64,000 nucleotides of DNA from an uncultured delta proteobacterium (GCA_963711835.1 CAVQFQ010000021.1:64001-128000); one strand, 5' to 3'. Positions 28,164 to 38,088 are shown, numbered from the stretch's first letter. Numbers and translations: made by a program. Notes: a model not told the origin generated them from the letters alone.

Positions 28164-29915
28164 TTAAAAGCTCCCTTGTTTCAATTCCAGTTCTATTCGC
28201 TGCCGGGCGTAAAGACGGGCATACAACCCCTCGGCCTGGATCAACTGCTGGTGGGTCCCGGACTCGCTGATCCGGCCCTCCTCCAGGAGATAGATGCCGT
28301 CCACGCCCTCAAATCCGACCAGGCGATGGGAGATGATGACGGTGATCAGGTCCTTCCGCTGGGTCTGAAGAACCCGCTGGATGGCCCGTTCGGTAGCCAG
28401 GTCCACCGAGGCCAGGGTGTTGTCCAGGATGAGGATGGGCGGGGCATTCAGAAAGGCCCGGGCCAGGGCCAGCCGCTGCTTTTGTCCCCCGGAAAGCAGC
28501 ACCCCTCTTTCGCCGACCACCGTATCCAGACCCTGATCGAACCCCCTGACCTCGGATTCGAAAGAGGCCTGCTGCAGGGCCGCCCATAACTCGGCCTCGG
28601 CGGCCTCCGGGCAGGCAAACAGCAGATTGGCCCGAATGGTGTCGGAGAAAAGAAAAGGTTCCTGGGGAACCAGGGAAACCGTTTTCCGGAGCTGGGCCAG
28701 GGGGATGGTGTGGATTTCATGCCCGCTCAGGAAAAGGGTTTCCGGAGGCGATTCCAGGATCCGGGCCATCAACAGGGCCAGGGTGGTTTTCCCGCAGCCG
28801 GTCCGCCCGGTAATGAGGACCTGCTTCCCGGAAACGAATTGGAAGCTGACTTCCCTGAGAACCGGCTTCCCGGTTCCCGGATAGGCGTAGGTTAACCCTT
28901 CCCCCCGGAAACCGTTTTCTTCAAGCAGTTGCTCTTTAACCCCGGGCCGGTCGGCAATCTCCGGCACCTCCTTCAGGATGCTCTCGATTCGCCCCAGGGA
29001 AACGGCTCCCCTTTTCAGGAGATTGATCACCCAGCCCAGGGCCATCATCGGCCAGGAAAGAAGCCCCAGGTAACTGATGAAAGCCACGAAATCCCCGGCC
29101 GTGATTTCTTTGCTCAAAACCTGTCTCCCTCCCAGCCACAAGACTATGGCCAGGCTCAGGCTGGTCATCAGGGCCGATAAGGGAAATAAGGTCCCGGTGA
29201 TCCGGGCCAGGCTGAGATTCTGGTTCAGGTAGGTCTGGCTTAATTGGGCCAGTCTGGCCTCTTCCCTTTCCTGAAGAGTATAGGCCTTGACTACCGTAAT
29301 TCCGACCAGGCTTTCCCGAACTTTCTCCATAAGTTGGGAAAAGGTGCCCTGCACCTGTTCAAAACGCTGGTGAAGCAGATGGCTGAAGCGTTGGGTCAGG
29401 AAAGCCACCAGCGGCATGGGCAGGAGGGATATCAGGGTCAGCTTGACATTGATGTAGATCATGAAGCCGATGGCCGCCGAGCCTAAGATCAAAGAATCCA
29501 CCAGGGAGACCAGGCCCATGCCCAGGGCCATGCGGACCGCTTCCATATCGTTGGTGGCCCGGGCCATGATGTCCCCGATAGGGGTCCGGAAAAAGAAGGA
29601 CTGGGACAGGGTCAACAGGTGGCCGAATATCCGGTTCCGGAGGGCCTCTTCGATCCTCCGGGCCTGGCCGAAGATGAGACGGCGCCAGATCATTCGCAAA
29701 CCGAAGATCAGAAAGGCGGTGCCGATGATCAGGGCCACGGTTTTCAGCAGGGTGCCCGGCAGGGCCCGGCCGCCGGTTAAGGCATCCACGGCCCCCTTGA
29801 TATAACGGGGGATCAACAGTTGAAGAAAATCCACCAGCAGCAGGAGGAGGATCCCGATGGAAAGGGGAAAAATTCCTTGGCGGAGATAAGGCAGCAGGAA
29901 GCGATAGGCGGTCAT
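28164..29915 (-). CDS. ABC exporter ATP-binding/permease subunit (MdlA-like)
   Basis: TMD plus GRTGCGKTT, LSGGQKQR, ILDNTLASVD, ISHRL; heterodimer partner adjacent. Confidence 0.92.
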   Translation of the reverse strand: MTAYRFLLPYLRQGIFPLSIGILLLLLVDFLQLLIPRYIKGAVDALTGGRALPGTLLKTVALIIGTAFLIFGLRMIWRRLIFGQARRIEEALRNRIFGHLLTLSQSFFFRTPIGDIMARATNDMEAVRMALGMGLVSLVDSLILGSAAIGFMIYINVKLTLISLLPMPLVAFLTQRFSHLLHQRFEQVQGTFSQLMEKVRESLVGITVVKAYTLQEREEARLAQLSQTYLNQNLSLARITGTLFPLSALMTSLSLAIVLWLGGRQVLSKEITAGDFVAFISYLGLLSWPMMALGWVINLLKRGAVSLGRIESILKEVPEIADRPGVKEQLLEENGFRGEGLTYAYPGTGKPVLREVSFQFVSGKQVLITGRTGCGKTTLALLMARILESPPETLFLSGHEIHTIPLAQLRKTVSLVPQEPFLFSDTIRANLLFACPEAAEAELWAALQQASFESEVRGFDQGLDTVVGERGVLLSGGQKQRLALARAFLNAPPILILDNTLASVDLATERAIQRVLQTQRKDLITVIISHRLVGFEGVDGIYLLEEGRISESGTHQQLIQAEGLYARLYARQRIELELKQGSF

Positions 29916-29928
29916 ACGGAAAAGGCTT

Positions 29929-31293
29929 CTATTGTTTCAGGATGATCGGGAGAAACAGGTGAAAACCGAAATTTACTATTTGGCTTTTCTCTTCCACGGT
30001 CAGACATTGCAGGGCCTTCTGGGGAAGATTCATTAGATAATCGGCTTGGGCCGCAGCGGCCGCCTTGGAGGCCTGGCCGGTAACAAAATGCATGACCATG
30101 GCCGTCTGGCCGGGGTCCAATCCGAAGCTATATTCCCAGAAGGGTTCGTCGTTGCCGTTGATAAAAGAAAGGGTACTTATTCCAATTTTCCCTCCCGGGC
30201 CTGAGAACACATGGGCCAGGCGCGGATCAGGGGAGATACCGGCCGTGTAGTTTTCCATGGTGCCCACCCAGTGATCGGTCAATTCCGGGATAAGGTCCCC
30301 GTCGGAAGTAGCGAATAGGATGGTGTCGCCGTCCGAACCCAGGTTATTCGATGTTTTTAGAGTAACCGTTTCACTGGCCGTACCGATATTTTTAACAATC
30401 TCCAGGTGGCGGGCAAAGGCGTCATTATCAGGGATAAATACTTTGCGATAGACTTCAAAATTACCTATGGTTTTTTTCGGATAGACCACCTGGCGGTTTA
30501 TTCCTGAGACCGGTCCCTGGCATTCGGTAAGAGCAGCTCCGTTATTATTATAAACGACTCCGTTTACCATCAGCCCCCCGTAGCCGTCAAAGGCATCGCT
30601 CAGGACCGTAGCCACCGTACCCCCGGCGGCAGTAGTGGCATTAACGGCCCGGGTAAAAGTGGCAGCAGCAATAGCTCCGCTGGCCGAACTGGTCGTTGCA
30701 CTGGTCACATTGGTATTGACCAGCCACATCAATCCGGCGGCATCCACTAATTGCCTTTCGCCGGCACCAATAATAAAACCATCTCCGCTGATCTGCCTTG
30801 AGTTCAAGGTATAGGATCCATCCCGGGTGGGGGCCTTTCGTTTTAAAGGCTTGGCTAAGGAGGCCCCTTTGTTGAAACCGGCCCGCATTTTTAAACCCCT
30901 TCTCCCAAATCCATCTCCCTGGATATCGGCTGAGGGCACAATGATCCCCTCGGAAAAATCGGGTAGATTTTTTGAGGCCCCTCTGGCTGCCTCTTCTCCA
31001 GCGGCTGAGCTGGAACTGATGACTGCCTGGTGAAGAACCGGCCCGCTTATAGGGCTGGCGACTGAGGGTCCGCCGGCAACCGGTCCGGAGAAAGCCGCTC
31101 CGGCCTGGGGGATTGAAAAAAAGCCGCTAACGGCCAGGATCATCCATCTCTTTACCAGGCGGGAGCCGGCCGGCTCGGCCTGCCAATCCAAAGGGCCGTC
31201 CGTTATCCGGACCTCATTCTTTAAGATACGTCCGAGATCGGCCAAATCATTCTCCGCATCGGAGAAAGATCTTAGAAAGTCGCTTCCTTTCAC
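29929..31293 (-). CDS. Putative secreted Ser/Thr/Ala-rich protein with C-terminal FLPIILK motif (start uncertain)
   Basis: Signal-like KRWMILAVSGFFSIPQAGA; beta-rich domain (DAFDGYG, EVYRKVFIP, NNLGSD); ends FHLFLPIILKQ. Confidence 0.65.
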   Translation of the reverse strand: MKGSDFLRSFSDAENDLADLGRILKNEVRITDGPLDWQAEPAGSRLVKRWMILAVSGFFSIPQAGAAFSGPVAGGPSVASPISGPVLHQAVISSSSAAGEEAARGASKNLPDFSEGIIVPSADIQGDGFGRRGLKMRAGFNKGASLAKPLKRKAPTRDGSYTLNSRQISGDGFIIGAGERQLVDAAGLMWLVNTNVTSATTSSASGAIAAATFTRAVNATTAAGGTVATVLSDAFDGYGGLMVNGVVYNNNGAALTECQGPVSGINRQVVYPKKTIGNFEVYRKVFIPDNDAFARHLEIVKNIGTASETVTLKTSNNLGSDGDTILFATSDGDLIPELTDHWVGTMENYTAGISPDPRLAHVFSGPGGKIGISTLSFINGNDEPFWEYSFGLDPGQTAMVMHFVTGQASKAAAAAQADYLMNLPQKALQCLTVEEKSQIVNFGFHLFLPIILKQ

Positions 31294-31323
31294 CTGCCCC
31301 CCTTATATGGCTGCCTTCTGCTT

Positions 31324-32430
31324 TTATTGCTCCGGGAAGAGCCTGCCGTACGGCCCGATCGTAACCATCTGCTGGATTTCTTCCGTTTCAAAGCCGATGG
31401 CCCTGGCCCGTCTCACTCCCGGCAGAACCACCACGTCATAAATCTCACCTTCAACCCCTTCGAGGCTTAGCCAGTGGACCAGGTCACCGGAGCGCAGGTC
31501 AAACACAAAAAGCCCCCGGTGGAGGACGGCGCCGTGTTGTTTGATATTTTCTTCCAGGGGTAATCCGGAAAAGAAATTGCTGTGACGGGGCTTGGAAGAC
31601 CCGACCACCGCAAATTCCCCGCTGAAATCCAGTCCTCTTAAAAATCCCGGGGCAAAAGCCAGGGGTTCGAAACAACCTTTCCCGAGATCCACCCGTCCGA
31701 AATGGCCTGTTCCGGAATGGGTTATCCAGAGGTTACCGTTATGAAAGGTGGGCGAATGGGGCATACAGAGGCCGGAGAGGATGACTTCATTGGAGGCCAC
31801 ATCCAGGATGCTCCCTCCTTCCAGCTTTTCATCCCGCCAGCCTTCTGCGGTTTGGGTCCGGCTGAAGCAGGTTACAAAAGCCGGGCGTCCATCCTTCATG
31901 GCCAGGCCGTTCAGGTGGCAGGGATCAGCGGGTTGGAGGTCTTTGATAAACGGCGGCTTCCAGAAAGGGATAAAATTATCCACTTCACTGGCAGCGGCCA
32001 GACAGGCAAAGCGGGTATTCACAAAAATAATATTCCCATCCCGGTCCAGATCGACATCGTGGATGTTAAGGGATCCCGTAGTATAGCCGGTTTTGGGAAT
32101 ATAGAGCCGATCGAAACCGTCTTCGGTGGTCCGGCCGGGAGGCAGGGCGTTTTCCAGGCGCCAGATTTGATAGCGAGTGACCACGTAAAGCGTGTTGCTG
32201 TCGCCTATCTTGAGGCCCATACAGCGGTCAAAGCGGGTTTCGGACACCGACAGACTGCCGTCCGGTTTTAGGCCGACAAAGAACAATCGGTTCCCCAGGG
32301 TGTTGGTAAAGACCAGGCTGACCTTCTGCTCTTCCAGCCAGGAGGTAAAATAGGGAGAGACGCTGATCTGGAAATTGGTCATTTCGAGGAATTGAGCATT
32401 GGAACTTTGGCCGTTGCTGATAAAAGGCAT
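31324..32430 (-). CDS. TIGR03032 (DUF4915) family protein
   Basis: FDRCMGL, YQIWRLEN, NIHD, FVNTRFACLA, WKPPFI, CHLNGLAM, GLCMPHSP, APGFLRGL, SKPR, EIYDVVVLPG. Confidence 0.88.
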   Translation of the reverse strand: MPFISNGQSSNAQFLEMTNFQISVSPYFTSWLEEQKVSLVFTNTLGNRLFFVGLKPDGSLSVSETRFDRCMGLKIGDSNTLYVVTRYQIWRLENALPPGRTTEDGFDRLYIPKTGYTTGSLNIHDVDLDRDGNIIFVNTRFACLAAASEVDNFIPFWKPPFIKDLQPADPCHLNGLAMKDGRPAFVTCFSRTQTAEGWRDEKLEGGSILDVASNEVILSGLCMPHSPTFHNGNLWITHSGTGHFGRVDLGKGCFEPLAFAPGFLRGLDFSGEFAVVGSSKPRHSNFFSGLPLEENIKQHGAVLHRGLFVFDLRSGDLVHWLSLEGVEGEIYDVVVLPGVRRARAIGFETEEIQQMVTIGPYGRLFPEQ

Positions 32431-32497
32431 TATATAGTATCCTTTTTTATTTTCGTCTTAAGAATCCCCTAACCCGAAAAATTCGGAAAAGATCTTT

Positions 32498-32695
32498 GCC
32501 ACCGACACACACAGACAGCCTGGCGGCGACCTGCCGCCATGCTCCCGGCAGGCCCTTCGGGCATTAAAAACAGTGCCTTGCCAAGAGCTATGAAAATAGT
32601 GAGTATCTTACTCGCGCCAGCGATGACTTGTTTTGCCCGGAGAGTGTCCCCCGGGCAAAAAAAATTGTCCGCATTTGTCCGTGTGGGTCTGTGGC
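32498..32695. repeat. ~200-bp element with 20-bp imperfect terminal inverted repeats
   Basis: gccaccgacacacacagaca versus reverse complement gccacagacccacacggaca (3 mismatches). Confidence 0.6.
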
Positions 32696-32790
32696 TAAAA
32701 AGTTGAATAGCCATTCATTCTGCGTAGAACCAAGCCTGGCAGATGGTTATGGTTATTCATACAAACATTTTCAAAAAAAATCATAAAATT

Positions 32791-33913
32791 TTATTTCAAC
32801 GTTACTAAATAGTTACCGGATTGTTCCGCCCAGCGGGGATTGAACCAGACGGTCTTTTGGATTTCATCCCCGATAATGCCTAAGGCCGTGGGCCGGCGGA
32901 CACCGGGCAGGACCACCACATCGTAAATCTCCCTGGTAAAAGAGCTTTGAATAAACAGCCAGTGGGCGATTTCACCGCTACGCAGGTCGATGATAAACAG
33001 ACCCAAACGGGGTTCAAGACCCTTCTCCCGCAGGGTATCATCCAACTTCAAGCCCGAATAGGCATCACCGCGGCGGGGCTTAGAGGAGCCGATAATGGCA
33101 TAATCTCCGCAAAAGGACAATCCCCTTAAAAAGCCGGGAGCAAAGGCCAGGGGCTCAAAGCGGCCCTGGTTCAGATCCACCCGCCCCAAGTGCCCGCTGC
33201 CGGAATCGGCCAGCCAAAGCTGGTTCCGGTACATCCTTGGGGAATGGGGCATGGATAGTCCGGCCAGAATGGTCTCCCCGGTCTTCAGATCCAAGACCGC
33301 TCCCCCATCCCGGCGATGCTCGCGCCAACTGTCGAAGCCGTCTGTCCGGCTGACACAGGTGACATAAGCCGGCAGCCCTTCCTGCATAGCCAAACCGTTC
33401 AGATGGCAGCGATCCCCCGGTTTCAAATCGGACAGAAAGGCGGGACGCCAAAGGGGGATAAAGCTGTATCGTTCGCTGGCTGCGGCCAGACAACCAAAAC
33501 GGGTATTGACAAAGATGATCCGGCCCTGCTTATCCACGGCCAGATCATGGATACCCAAGGCCCCGGTGGTATAGACCTTCCGGGGGATATAGTGACGGTC
33601 GGTGCCTCCCTCGGATTCCCGGCCCGGGGGCAGGGCGTTCTGCAGACGCCAGATTTGATAGCGGGTACTGATATAAAGGGCCTCTCCCTCACAGGCCAGG
33701 CCCATACAGCGGGGAAAAGTCCGTTCGAAAATGGAAATCTCTCCATCCCTTTTTAAACCGATCAGGAAACAGTTTCAGGGGCGGATTGGTAAAAGCCAGG
33801 CTGACCTGGTGGTCGGCCAGCCATTGGGTGAAATAGCGGGAGACAAGGATCTCGATTTCAGGTTCTCCGGCCTCGGGTTGGTTAAGTTCATCAATGAACG
33901 CCTCTTGATTCAT
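32791..33913 (-). CDS. TIGR03032 (DUF4915) family protein, second paralog, with one +1 frameshift at ~33768
   Basis: N-terminal ORF 33689-33913 joins 32791-33705 if one T is removed (LKLFLIGLKRDGEISIFERTFPRCMGL); DRCHLNGLA, GLSMPHSPR. Confidence 0.85.
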
Positions 33914-33941
33914 AGCCTATAATTTATGGCTGAGGTTCCCC

Positions 33942-34535
33942 CTATTTTTTATCAATGCCCCGGCCTGCTCGGCTTGTCTCCGAAGGCAAAGATCCGTTTT
34001 GTTCCAGCCAGGCCATTATCGTCCCCAAACTTTCTTCTACGGATTGGTGATCCGTCCGGATAAGCAATTCCGGGTTTTCCGGCGGTTCATAGGGGTCGGA
34101 GATGCCGGTAAAAAATGGAATTTCCCCCCGTAAGGCCTTCTGGTAAAGTCCTTTGGCATCCCTGGCCTTCAGAATTTCCAGGGGACATTCCAAATAAATC
34201 TCGATAAAACTCCCTTCAGGATGGAGCTTCCGCGCCGTCTCCCTGCCCTCCTGGTAGGGTGATATGACGGCCGCAATAGCCACCTGGCCCGTTTCAGTCA
34301 ACTGCCGGCAGGCCACCCCAATCCGCCTGTTATTTTCTATGCGATCTTCCCTGGAGTAACCCAACCCCTTTGAGATGGTTTTCCGGACCATATCCCCGTC
34401 AAAGATCTCAACGGGTAGACCTCTTTTTTCCAGCACCTGGGCAATGGCCAGAGAAAGGGTAGTTTTGCCCGAACCCGACAATCCGGTGAACCAGATAGTG
34501 AAACCGCTCTGATGCTCTTTTACCATGGAGACCAA
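33942..34535 (-). CDS. cysC: Adenylyl-sulfate kinase
   Basis: WFTGLSGSGKTT, DGD.VR, LGYSREDR, ISPY, RDAKGLY, FTGISDPYEPP. Confidence 0.95.
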   Translation of the reverse strand: MVSMVKEHQSGFTIWFTGLSGSGKTTLSLAIAQVLEKRGLPVEIFDGDMVRKTISKGLGYSREDRIENNRRIGVACRQLTETGQVAIAAVISPYQEGRETARKLHPEGSFIEIYLECPLEILKARDAKGLYQKALRGEIPFFTGISDPYEPPENPELLIRTDHQSVEESLGTIMAWLEQNGSLPSETSRAGRGIDKK

Positions 34536-34651
34536 CCTTTCTATAAGCTCTCTCCACCTATGTATTAACAGGCTTGTTTTTATCTTGCTAAGTTGTTACA
34601 AAGGCGGATGAGGGATGGATTATAGCTTATTTTCTCCTTTTGAGGGAAAAA

Positions 34652-35647
34652 ATGCTCAACTACATCTGGCTGGGATTGATTGTCATAGGCACCCTGGTGG
34701 CCGTGGGCCGGGATGCCCATGATTCCCTGACCAACAGGTTCCGTAACGGCCTGGAGCTCAGGGCCTTCCTGGAATGCCCGGTTGAAGGGAAAAGAGGTGA
34801 CAGCCCATCGACGATAAAAGAGTGCACCCTCTCCATCACCTCGGAAGAATTTCAAAAATTCTACCACCTGCCGGATAAACCCGCTTCTCCCATAAAACAG
34901 CGGGCCGAACTCAGGCTCACCGGGCCGGACTCGGGCGTCCTTCATCTGGCCCTCGATGAACAGACCCCTGCCCTCTGGAAAGAGATCAGAAAGACCCAAA
35001 AAAATCCGGACTTCCTCCTGGCCCGCATTCGCCGGCCAGGGCCTTCCGGCGAAACCGGCTTCCCGGTCCTCCTCTCCTTTGACCCGGTCCGATTCGTTAA
35101 ACTGAATGCCCTGACCAACGAGGGGGTCATCCGTTATGCCACCCTGGCCGTGGAACTGGCCATCGGCCTGATCGGCATCATGGCTTTGTGGCTGGGGATC
35201 ATGAAGATCGCCGAACAGGCCGGCCTGATTCATCGCCTGGCCAGGGCCTTACGAGGCGTCACCAGCCGTCTTTTCCCGGATGTGCCTCCTGATCATCCGG
35301 CCATGGGGGCCATGATCATGAATATCTCGGCCAACATCCTGGGACTGGGGAATGCCGCCACCCCTCTGGGGTTAAAGGCCATGGAGGAATTGAACAAGCT
35401 GAATAAAAAACCGGGCACGGCCACCGATGCCATGTGCACCTTTCTGGTTATCAATACCAGCAACGTCCAGCTCATCCCGGCCGCGGTGATTGCCATCCGG
35501 GCGGCAGCCGGAGCCTCCAGCCCCACGGAGATCATCGGGCCGGTCATTGTGGCCACTTCGATCAGCACCCTGATCGGGGTCATCACCGTCAGGCTTTTAA
35601 GCCGCCTGCCGCTTTTTATAAAACAGTTGGACGGCGACCGGGAATAG
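34652..35647 (+). CDS. spmA: SpmA-like nucleoside-recognition (gate) membrane protein with a large extracytoplasmic insertion
   Basis: MLNYIW, LWLGIMKIAE, LFPDVP.DHPA, NISANILGLGNAATPLGLKAM, INTS.VQLIP. Confidence 0.85.
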   Translation: MLNYIWLGLIVIGTLVAVGRDAHDSLTNRFRNGLELRAFLECPVEGKRGDSPSTIKECTLSITSEEFQKFYHLPDKPASPIKQRAELRLTGPDSGVLHLALDEQTPALWKEIRKTQKNPDFLLARIRRPGPSGETGFPVLLSFDPVRFVKLNALTNEGVIRYATLAVELAIGLIGIMALWLGIMKIAEQAGLIHRLARALRGVTSRLFPDVPPDHPAMGAMIMNISANILGLGNAATPLGLKAMEELNKLNKKPGTATDAMCTFLVINTSNVQLIPAAVIAIRAAAGASSPTEIIGPVIVATSISTLIGVITVRLLSRLPLFIKQLDGDRE

Positions 35648-35650
35648 CCC

Positions 35651-36193
35651 ATGGAAATCCTGACGCTGATCATCGAGACCCTTTCCATCCTGGCCATCCC
35701 GCTGCTGATACTTGGTATTGTCCTCTTTGGAGCCATACGAAGGGTGAAGGTCTATGAATGTTTCGTGGAAGGGGCTAAAGAGGGTTTTCAGGTCGGGGTC
35801 CGGATCCTCCCCTTCCTGGTGGCCATGCTGGTGGCCATCGGGGTCTTCCGGGCCAGCGGGGCCATGGATATCCTGACCGGCCTGCTCGCCCCGGTCACCG
35901 GCTTGATCGGCATGCCTTCTGAATCACTGCCCATGGCCTTGATGCGGCCCCTTTCAGGCAGCGGGGCTTTGGGGGTCATGTCGGAGATCATCAAAACCCA
36001 TGGCCCGGATTCCCTGATCGGGCGTCTGGTGGCTGTCATGATGGGCAGCGGCGAGACGACCTTTTATGTCCTGGCCGTCTATTTCGGCTCGGTGGGAATC
36101 ACCCGCACCCGCCAGGCCGTCCCGGCCGGGATCATCGCCGATATCGCGGGGATCTTAGCCTCGGTCTGGATCGTAAATCTGGTTTTTGGTTAA
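35651..36193 (+). CDS. spmB: SpmB-like membrane protein
   Basis: VYECFVEGAKEG, ILPFLVAMLVAI, MRPLSGSG, GPDS, ETTFYVLAVYFGSV. Confidence 0.88.
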   Translation: MEILTLIIETLSILAIPLLILGIVLFGAIRRVKVYECFVEGAKEGFQVGVRILPFLVAMLVAIGVFRASGAMDILTGLLAPVTGLIGMPSESLPMALMRPLSGSGALGVMSEIIKTHGPDSLIGRLVAVMMGSGETTFYVLAVYFGSVGITRTRQAVPAGIIADIAGILASVWIVNLVFG

Positions 36194-36225
36194 ATCGGTG
36201 CTTACCCAGCTTATTTTGAGAATTT

Positions 36226-36353
36226 ATTAAGGGTCTCATAATAGTCTTGACCTGAAATTGAGGAGCTTGCCTTAGATGGGACCGGGGGGTCTTCTTTTCT
36301 TTAACGAGACCCCCCGGTCCCTGTTGGTCACTATTATTTTGAGACCCTTAATA
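36226..36353. repeat. Nested palindromic element; its right 47 bp recur at 42794-42840
   Basis: Outer IR attaagggtctca...tgagacccttaat; perfect 15-bp inner IR 36278-36292 / 36307-36321. Confidence 0.8.
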
Positions 36354-36407
36354 TTAGTAAGTTGAGTCGGGCCAAGCCATTCCGGATCCGAGTTTTTTGA
36401 AAGACGC

Positions 36408-37343
36408 TCAACTCCGCAAAAAGGCTTTGACCATTTTGGACCATTGTTCTCCCTTAAGCTGAGGAGAAATGTCGTCTACCGAGAAACCGCCGTCGGCGGC
36501 AAGGTTAAATTCCTTGGTCGCCCTTTCCATCAAGCGATCCCGTTCCTCCGCCAAATAGTTTACGGCCGCTTCCCCAAAGTATAATCCCTTCAAATTCTTT
36601 TTCATTTTGGTCGGTTCGACAATGAACAGCCACCCTTCTTCAAAAGGGGAGGTGTTGAGCAGCGAGGGTTCGGTCAGCAAACGGTGATTGAGATGAGTCA
36701 CGATCCCGTCCATGGGGGAAAGGGCCGAGGTCATCTCCCCATTGCGTTTAAATTGTACGGCACCCTCTCCCTGCCTGAGCTCTTGGCCCACCTCCGGTAG
36801 AAAAACCCCCGAAAGTTTGCCCAGGAGCCGTTGGGCAAAATCATCCACCCCGATTCGGATGCGCCCGCCATACTCGGGCCGGGCCCAGGTATGCCCTTCG
36901 TGGTAATAAAAATCAGGGGCCAGCCTGAAACCGGAAGCTTCCTGGAGACCTTCCACCGGGAGGGTTTGGGCTTGCAGGCGTTCCTGCATCATCTGGTCAA
37001 AGGCACAATTACCGCATTCATAGGCATTAGGACACAGCTTCCGGTCCACTTCCCCGGTCAGCATGTAGCGGCATTTTCTTCGGCCCGCAGGAAGGTGCAT
37101 CATTTTCTCAACCCAGGTGGCGGACAATTTATCTTTTCCGGCTTCCAGGACCAAAGGCTGCTTTTCGGCTGCCGTACGCTGTTGAGCCACTTTTTGCTGC
37201 AGGGCATGATCATAATCGCAGGTGGTGCAGTCGTAGCTGTTATAGCAGAGTTTATAGGAGACTACTCCGGCCTCCATCCAGATGCAGGGTTTCTTGTCAG
37301 GGGGGACAACCTTTAGGGAACTTTCCTGCTTTTCCATAACCAT
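36408..37343 (-). CDS. GcvH-like protein with two N-terminal Cys4 repeats, lacking the lipoyl-lysine motif
   Basis: CIWMEAGVVSYKLC...CTTCDYD and CRYMLTG...KLC...CGNCAFD; YHEGHTWA, RIGVDDFAQRLLG, SPMDG, SPFEEGWL; no ESVK motif (FKRNGE instead). Confidence 0.8.
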   Translation of the reverse strand: MVMEKQESSLKVVPPDKKPCIWMEAGVVSYKLCYNSYDCTTCDYDHALQQKVAQQRTAAEKQPLVLEAGKDKLSATWVEKMMHLPAGRRKCRYMLTGEVDRKLCPNAYECGNCAFDQMMQERLQAQTLPVEGLQEASGFRLAPDFYYHEGHTWARPEYGGRIRIGVDDFAQRLLGKLSGVFLPEVGQELRQGEGAVQFKRNGEMTSALSPMDGIVTHLNHRLLTEPSLLNTSPFEEGWLFIVEPTKMKKNLKGLYFGEAAVNYLAEERDRLMERATKEFNLAADGGFSVDDISPQLKGEQWSKMVKAFLRS

Positions 37344-37386
37344 GATCGGATCTCCTTCTTACTTAATGATGTTTTGCCATTTTATA

Positions 37387-37402
37387 AGCAAAAGGGATGC
37401 CA
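37387..37402 (-). promoter_or_regulatory. Sigma54 -24/-12 promoter for the GcvH-like gene
   Basis: TGGCATCCCTTTTGCT (GG-N10-GC), 44 bp upstream of the start. Confidence 0.85.
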
Positions 37403-37479
37403 TAATAGCTTAATTTTTTTAACATATTAAAATAACTGTTAATTTTAAACAAAGAGTCACTATCTGAAATCCTTTGGAT

Positions 37480-37544
37480 GAAATAACTGTCTAATTATTA
37501 GGCACATACTTTTGCAATGTGTCTAATAATTAGACAGTTATTTC
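37480..37544. promoter_or_regulatory. Enhancer (bEBP UAS): two TGTCTAA-N3-TTAG(A/G)CA boxes within a 65-bp palindrome
   Basis: Boxes at 37488-37504 and 37520-37536; perfect 21-bp outer arms; ~85-135 bp upstream of the -24 element with AT-rich DNA in between. Confidence 0.75.
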
Positions 37545-37551
37545 ACTATCC

Positions 37552-38088
37552 TCAAATCCCGTCCAGGATCCACTTGAAGAGGGTTTTACAGGTGGGGCAG
37601 AATTCCGCTTTTTTTTGGTCGGTATCTTCTATCCGGGAGGAAGAGAAAAGGACGCAATAGCGATTCCGGCAATGGGTCAGGCCCAGAAGGTGGGCAATTT
37701 CATGGAGCACCGTCTTCTCCAGGCGGCAGCGGAAAAGGTCCTGATGGACAGCCATCCCGTAATAGTGCGGGTCGAGACGATAGGTAGATACCACGGCTCC
37801 CCGGCCCCCGACCTGGGCCAAACCGAACACATAGGTAAAAATAGGGAGGTAGAGATCAACCCCGGTTATTCCCAGGATCCGGGAAGAGGGGTTCGGATCG
37901 TGCTCCAATAAAAAAGTGAGGATTTTTTGAGCGTTGAATTGTCCTCTTTCCCGGTTGTAGGCAAAATCAGGCCGCTCCAGGAAAAGAAGAGGCCTGCAGG
38001 CAAGGCCGCTGAGCGGCGTTATCCGGGAAGCGAGGCCCACGAGGACCTCACCATCCATCTCTCCCAGGGCTATGATCTGGATCCCCAT
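37552..38088 (-). CDS. Archaemetzincin (peptidase M54) Zn metalloprotease
   Basis: AYNRERGQF, DLY...YVFGLA, VSTYRL, HEIAHLLGLTHC...C...S...D.K...FCPTC. Confidence 0.88.
   Translation of the reverse strand: MGIQIIALGEMDGEVLVGLASRITPLSGLACRPLLFLERPDFAYNRERGQFNAQKILTFLLEHDPNPSSRILGITGVDLYLPIFTYVFGLAQVGGRGAVVSTYRLDPHYYGMAVHQDLFRCRLEKTVLHEIAHLLGLTHCRNRYCVLFSSSRIEDTDQKKAEFCPTCKTLFKWILDGI

Noticed and set aside
36408-37343. Canonical glycine cleavage H protein (gcvH)
   Set aside because: No lipoyl-Lys motif, extra Cys-rich domains, and no gcvT or gcvP nearby.
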